A DNA stretch of 63,185 bases, filler included, from Candidatus Woesearchaeota archaeon (GTDB lineage Archaea > Nanobdellota > Nanobdellia > Woesearchaeales > DATGWN01): NCBI GenBank assembly GCA_047603125.1. It is 6 parts of 5 records of this genome, joined end to end, with 100 filler letters (N's around TTAATTAATTAA, not from the genome) between each part and the next. Parts side by side here need not be neighbours in the genome. Positions count along the whole stretch, not along the records: positions 59,318 to 63,185 come from JBLKOU010000060.1; 5 more parts are not named here. The stretch is one strand, 5' to 3'. Below are positions 60,560 to 63,185 of this stretch, in pieces. The notes under the pieces were generated by a model. It had not been told where the DNA came from. It saw only the letters and a list, made by a program, of their open reading frames with translations, and did not search any database. A program made the translations under genes and the position numbers. The first letter of the stretch is position 1. Each line of letters opens with the position of its first letter.

Positions 60560-62127
60560 CGCTTCAACGCAGCCTGGACCAAACCATAGAACAGCGGCGC
60601 AGGTTTAGAGAGCGAACTTTTCAATTCAGGATGTGCTTGTGTTGCAACAAAATACGGATGCGTAGGAAGCTCAATAAATTCAGCCAATGTCCCATCTGGT
60701 GACAAGCCGCATAACTGCAACCCATGTTTTTGTAAAATTTGATGAAACTCAGGATTGACTTCATACCGATGCCTATGTCGCTCTTCAACCACATCTTGTT
60801 TATACAACGAGTAAATTTTTGATTCCGGATCTAATTTTGCAGGATATGCACCAAGTCGCATCGTGCCCCCTTTTTGCGTTACTGACTTTTGCTCTTCTAA
60901 AATATCAACAACGGGCGTGCACTCCGCCGTAATTTCGGTGCTATTCGCATCAGATATCTGACAAATAGAACGTGCAAATTCAATGACTGCTAGTTGAAGT
61001 CCATAACAAATACCTAAAAAGGGAATATTATTCTCCCGGCAATATTTAATGACGGTAATTTTCCCCTCAACGCCTCGCGTACCAAAACCACCAGGAACAA
61101 TCACCCCATCAACATCTTGAAGAGAGGAAACATCCCCATTACTTGTCTCGATCCACCGTATATTTACCTGACAACCATGATGAAGACCCGCGTGTTTGAG
61201 CGCCTCTACAACACTGGCATATGAGTCTTCAAGCGCCGTATATTTTCCTGCAATTGCAATTGTAATTGCTTTTTGTGGCTTTTTCTCTAATAATGGCCCC
61301 CACGAATTAAACCCTGGTTTATATGATACATCAAGATGCTTTGCAATAAATGTTCCTAATCCCTGCTGATCAAAGACTGCAGGAATTTTATACACTGAAT
61401 CAACATCCACCCCCGTAATGATTGCTTCAGGCTCAACATCACAAAAGGCAGCAATTTTATCACGCACTTGCTCTGTTAGCATCTCACTGCATCGAGCAAT
61501 AATACAATCGGGAAAAATACCTTTTTGCTTAAGTAATGCAATGGATTGTTGCGTCGGCTTTGTTTTTTGCTCATCAACCCCATTTGGAATAGGAACATAG
61601 GTGAGATGAACATAAAAAACATTTTCCCTGCCAACCTTTTTTGGTAAGCTTCGTACAGCTTCTAAATACAGCTCGTTTTCAATATCCCCGACTGTTCCCC
61701 CGACCTCAATGAGCATAATTTGAGCGTTTTTTTCTTTTGCAATATCTAAAAAATGCTGTTGGATATAATCAGAAACATGCGGGATAAACTGAACAGTTTT
61801 TCCTAAATAATCTCCTCGACGCTCTTTTTGTCTCACACCCTGAAACACTTTTCCCATGGTGAGATTAAGATCTCCAGTACAAGAAACATGTAAATATCGC
61901 TCATAATGCCCAAAGTCCATATCCACTTCGCTTCCATCATCTAATACAAACACTTCTCCGTGCTCAATTGGATTCATAGTGCCTGGATCAACATTGAGAT
62001 ACCCATCACATTTAATTGGAATGATGGTGTGTTGCTTTGAGAAAATATTTCCTATACTTGCTGCAGCAATACCTTTTCCCAGACCAGAAATGACTCCCCC
62101 CGTAACGACAATAAACTTTGGTTGCAT
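60556..62127 (-). CDS. pyrG: CTP synthase
   Basis: KFIVVTGGVISGLGKG, NVDPGTMNP.EHGEVFV, GICYG, RHRHRYEVN, TQAHPE. Confidence 0.98.
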   Translation of the reverse strand: MQPKFIVVTGGVISGLGKGIAAASIGNIFSKQHTIIPIKCDGYLNVDPGTMNPIEHGEVFVLDDGSEVDMDFGHYERYLHVSCTGDLNLTMGKVFQGVRQKERRGDYLGKTVQFIPHVSDYIQQHFLDIAKEKNAQIMLIEVGGTVGDIENELYLEAVRSLPKKVGRENVFYVHLTYVPIPNGVDEQKTKPTQQSIALLKQKGIFPDCIIARCSEMLTEQVRDKIAAFCDVEPEAIITGVDVDSVYKIPAVFDQQGLGTFIAKHLDVSYKPGFNSWGPLLEKKPQKAITIAIAGKYTALEDSYASVVEALKHAGLHHGCQVNIRWIETSNGDVSSLQDVDGVIVPGGFGTRGVEGKITVIKYCRENNIPFLGICYGLQLAVIEFARSICQISDANSTEITAECTPVVDILEEQKSVTQKGGTMRLGAYPAKLDPESKIYSLYKQDVVEERHRHRYEVNPEFHQILQKHGLQLCGLSPDGTLAEFIELPTHPYFVATQAHPELKSSLSKPAPLFYGLVQAALKR

Positions 62128-62196
62128 ATGCTATTCTTTATTTAGTATGGGTTTTTAAAATCATGGATAATGGGGTTTTTATATTTGAAACTATAG

Positions 62197-62910
62197 TTAC
62201 TCAAGTATTCTTAAGATGCTTCGTAAACGATTCACTTGTTTTTCAGATTGTGCCGCAGTTTGAGCAGCAAAACTATCTTGAATAGCTATCCCTTGCGAGT
62301 CTACATAGACCTGCTCATTAACAAGTTGTTTTTCAAGCAAAGCAGCTCTTCTCGCCTCTGTAAAATAAGATTGTGCACCGTCCTGCCCACAAACATCAAA
62401 TCTTTTAAAAAAGCGATCTGAAGTTTCGACATAAATTCTCTCACCAATGAGTTTATTCACCAAGCCAGCAAATGCAACTTTTTTTCCAAATGAACAGCGA
62501 GGGCGAGTTCCAGATTTACATATGCCATAAATAGCTTTTGATTCGGTATGCTGTCGACGATTCATACGATATGTGTATCGTACGCATGCATAAAATTCAG
62601 ATGTTTTGGGTTGCCAATACAGATACTCTATTTGTGAAACATCGCCAAAACCAGCGTTTTCCAAAAATTGTCCTAATTTGTGTGTATCATCGCGCTCAAA
62701 ACCCTGATTAACAAAAAATTCATGCCTATCTTTTTCAATACGAGGATCAACCGCCACAGGAATATTAAGAAGAAAGACTCCTAATCCTATGGAGAAAAAA
62801 ACAATGATAATTGAAGCAAAAACATGCTCTCCAGAAAAGACAAGCAAGCTAAATGCCACAAGAACAAGCACCCCAAGTGCAATAAATCTGTGCGAATGTT
62901 TTATGTGCAT
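62197..62910 (-). CDS. Hypothetical protein with two N-terminal TM helices
   Basis: 237-aa ORF. Confidence 0.65.
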   Translation of the reverse strand: MHIKHSHRFIALGVLVLVAFSLLVFSGEHVFASIIIVFFSIGLGVFLLNIPVAVDPRIEKDRHEFFVNQGFERDDTHKLGQFLENAGFGDVSQIEYLYWQPKTSEFYACVRYTYRMNRRQHTESKAIYGICKSGTRPRCSFGKKVAFAGLVNKLIGERIYVETSDRFFKRFDVCGQDGAQSYFTEARRAALLEKQLVNEQVYVDSQGIAIQDSFAAQTAAQSEKQVNRLRSILRILE

Positions 62911-62968
62911 ATCTTTTAATTATGCTTCTGTCTTTTTATATATTCACTTTTCTTTACAGTTTTATTAA

Positions 62969-63078
62969 AAAAAAGAGCACCTCGCATCAAGATTAGAAAA
63001 TTTGGTGACTTTGAGCAGCCTAATTTTCGCACAATTCTCAAAGCGGGACTCTTGAGCAAAATCTGAGTGCTCTTTTTT
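62969..63078 (-). ncRNA. Structured intergenic element, family copy D (divergent)
   Basis: Minus strand: AAAAAAGAGCAC-TCAG-AT...CTCAA..TTGAG...GC-GAAAATT...AATTTTC-TAATCTTG-ATGC-GAG-GTGCTCTTTTTT; same spacing, but only 2 of 4 pairs in the inner helix. Confidence 0.4.
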
Positions 63079-63185
63079 GAAAGGCCATTATTAATTAACC
63101 TTCTTTGCGTAAGTAAAAAGTCTACTATTTCTTAATTTTTAATAAATTTTAGTAAAAACCGAAAGTTTTATAGATTTTGAGTATA

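Overview
AT-rich archaeal metagenome-assembled sequence, most consistent with a DPANN (Woesearchaeota-like) genome. Evidence: archaellum genes, class III signal peptides, Dph6, TATA/BRE promoters and GGTGA ribosome-binding sites. Six contig pieces are joined by artificial 100-nt N/TTAATTAATTAA linkers. Contents in order: (1) a defence/TA island (RHH, MNT-HEPN, AbrB plus truncated MazF, ASCH, Eco47II/Sau96I-type type II R-M), then TctA-like and ABC genes; (2) large secreted Ig-like proteins; (3) YjbQ, a 2722-aa S8 protease/GLUG/SGNH/Ig surface protein, an AsnB-Dph6 fusion, HlyIII and an LTD protein; (4) a histone-H1-like protein, a BatD-like protein and an archaellum operon (arlB-C-G-F-H-I-J), divergent from a run of giant coiled-coil genes; (5) two convergent Tad/type IV pilus operons separated by an ISA1214-like IS; (6) a kinase and pyrG. 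The most unusual signal is non-coding: four dispersed intergenic copies of a sequence-divergent element with a conserved fold and compensatory base changes (3139, 28539, 29482, 62969), plus a separate pseudoknotted structure at 5475-5657.
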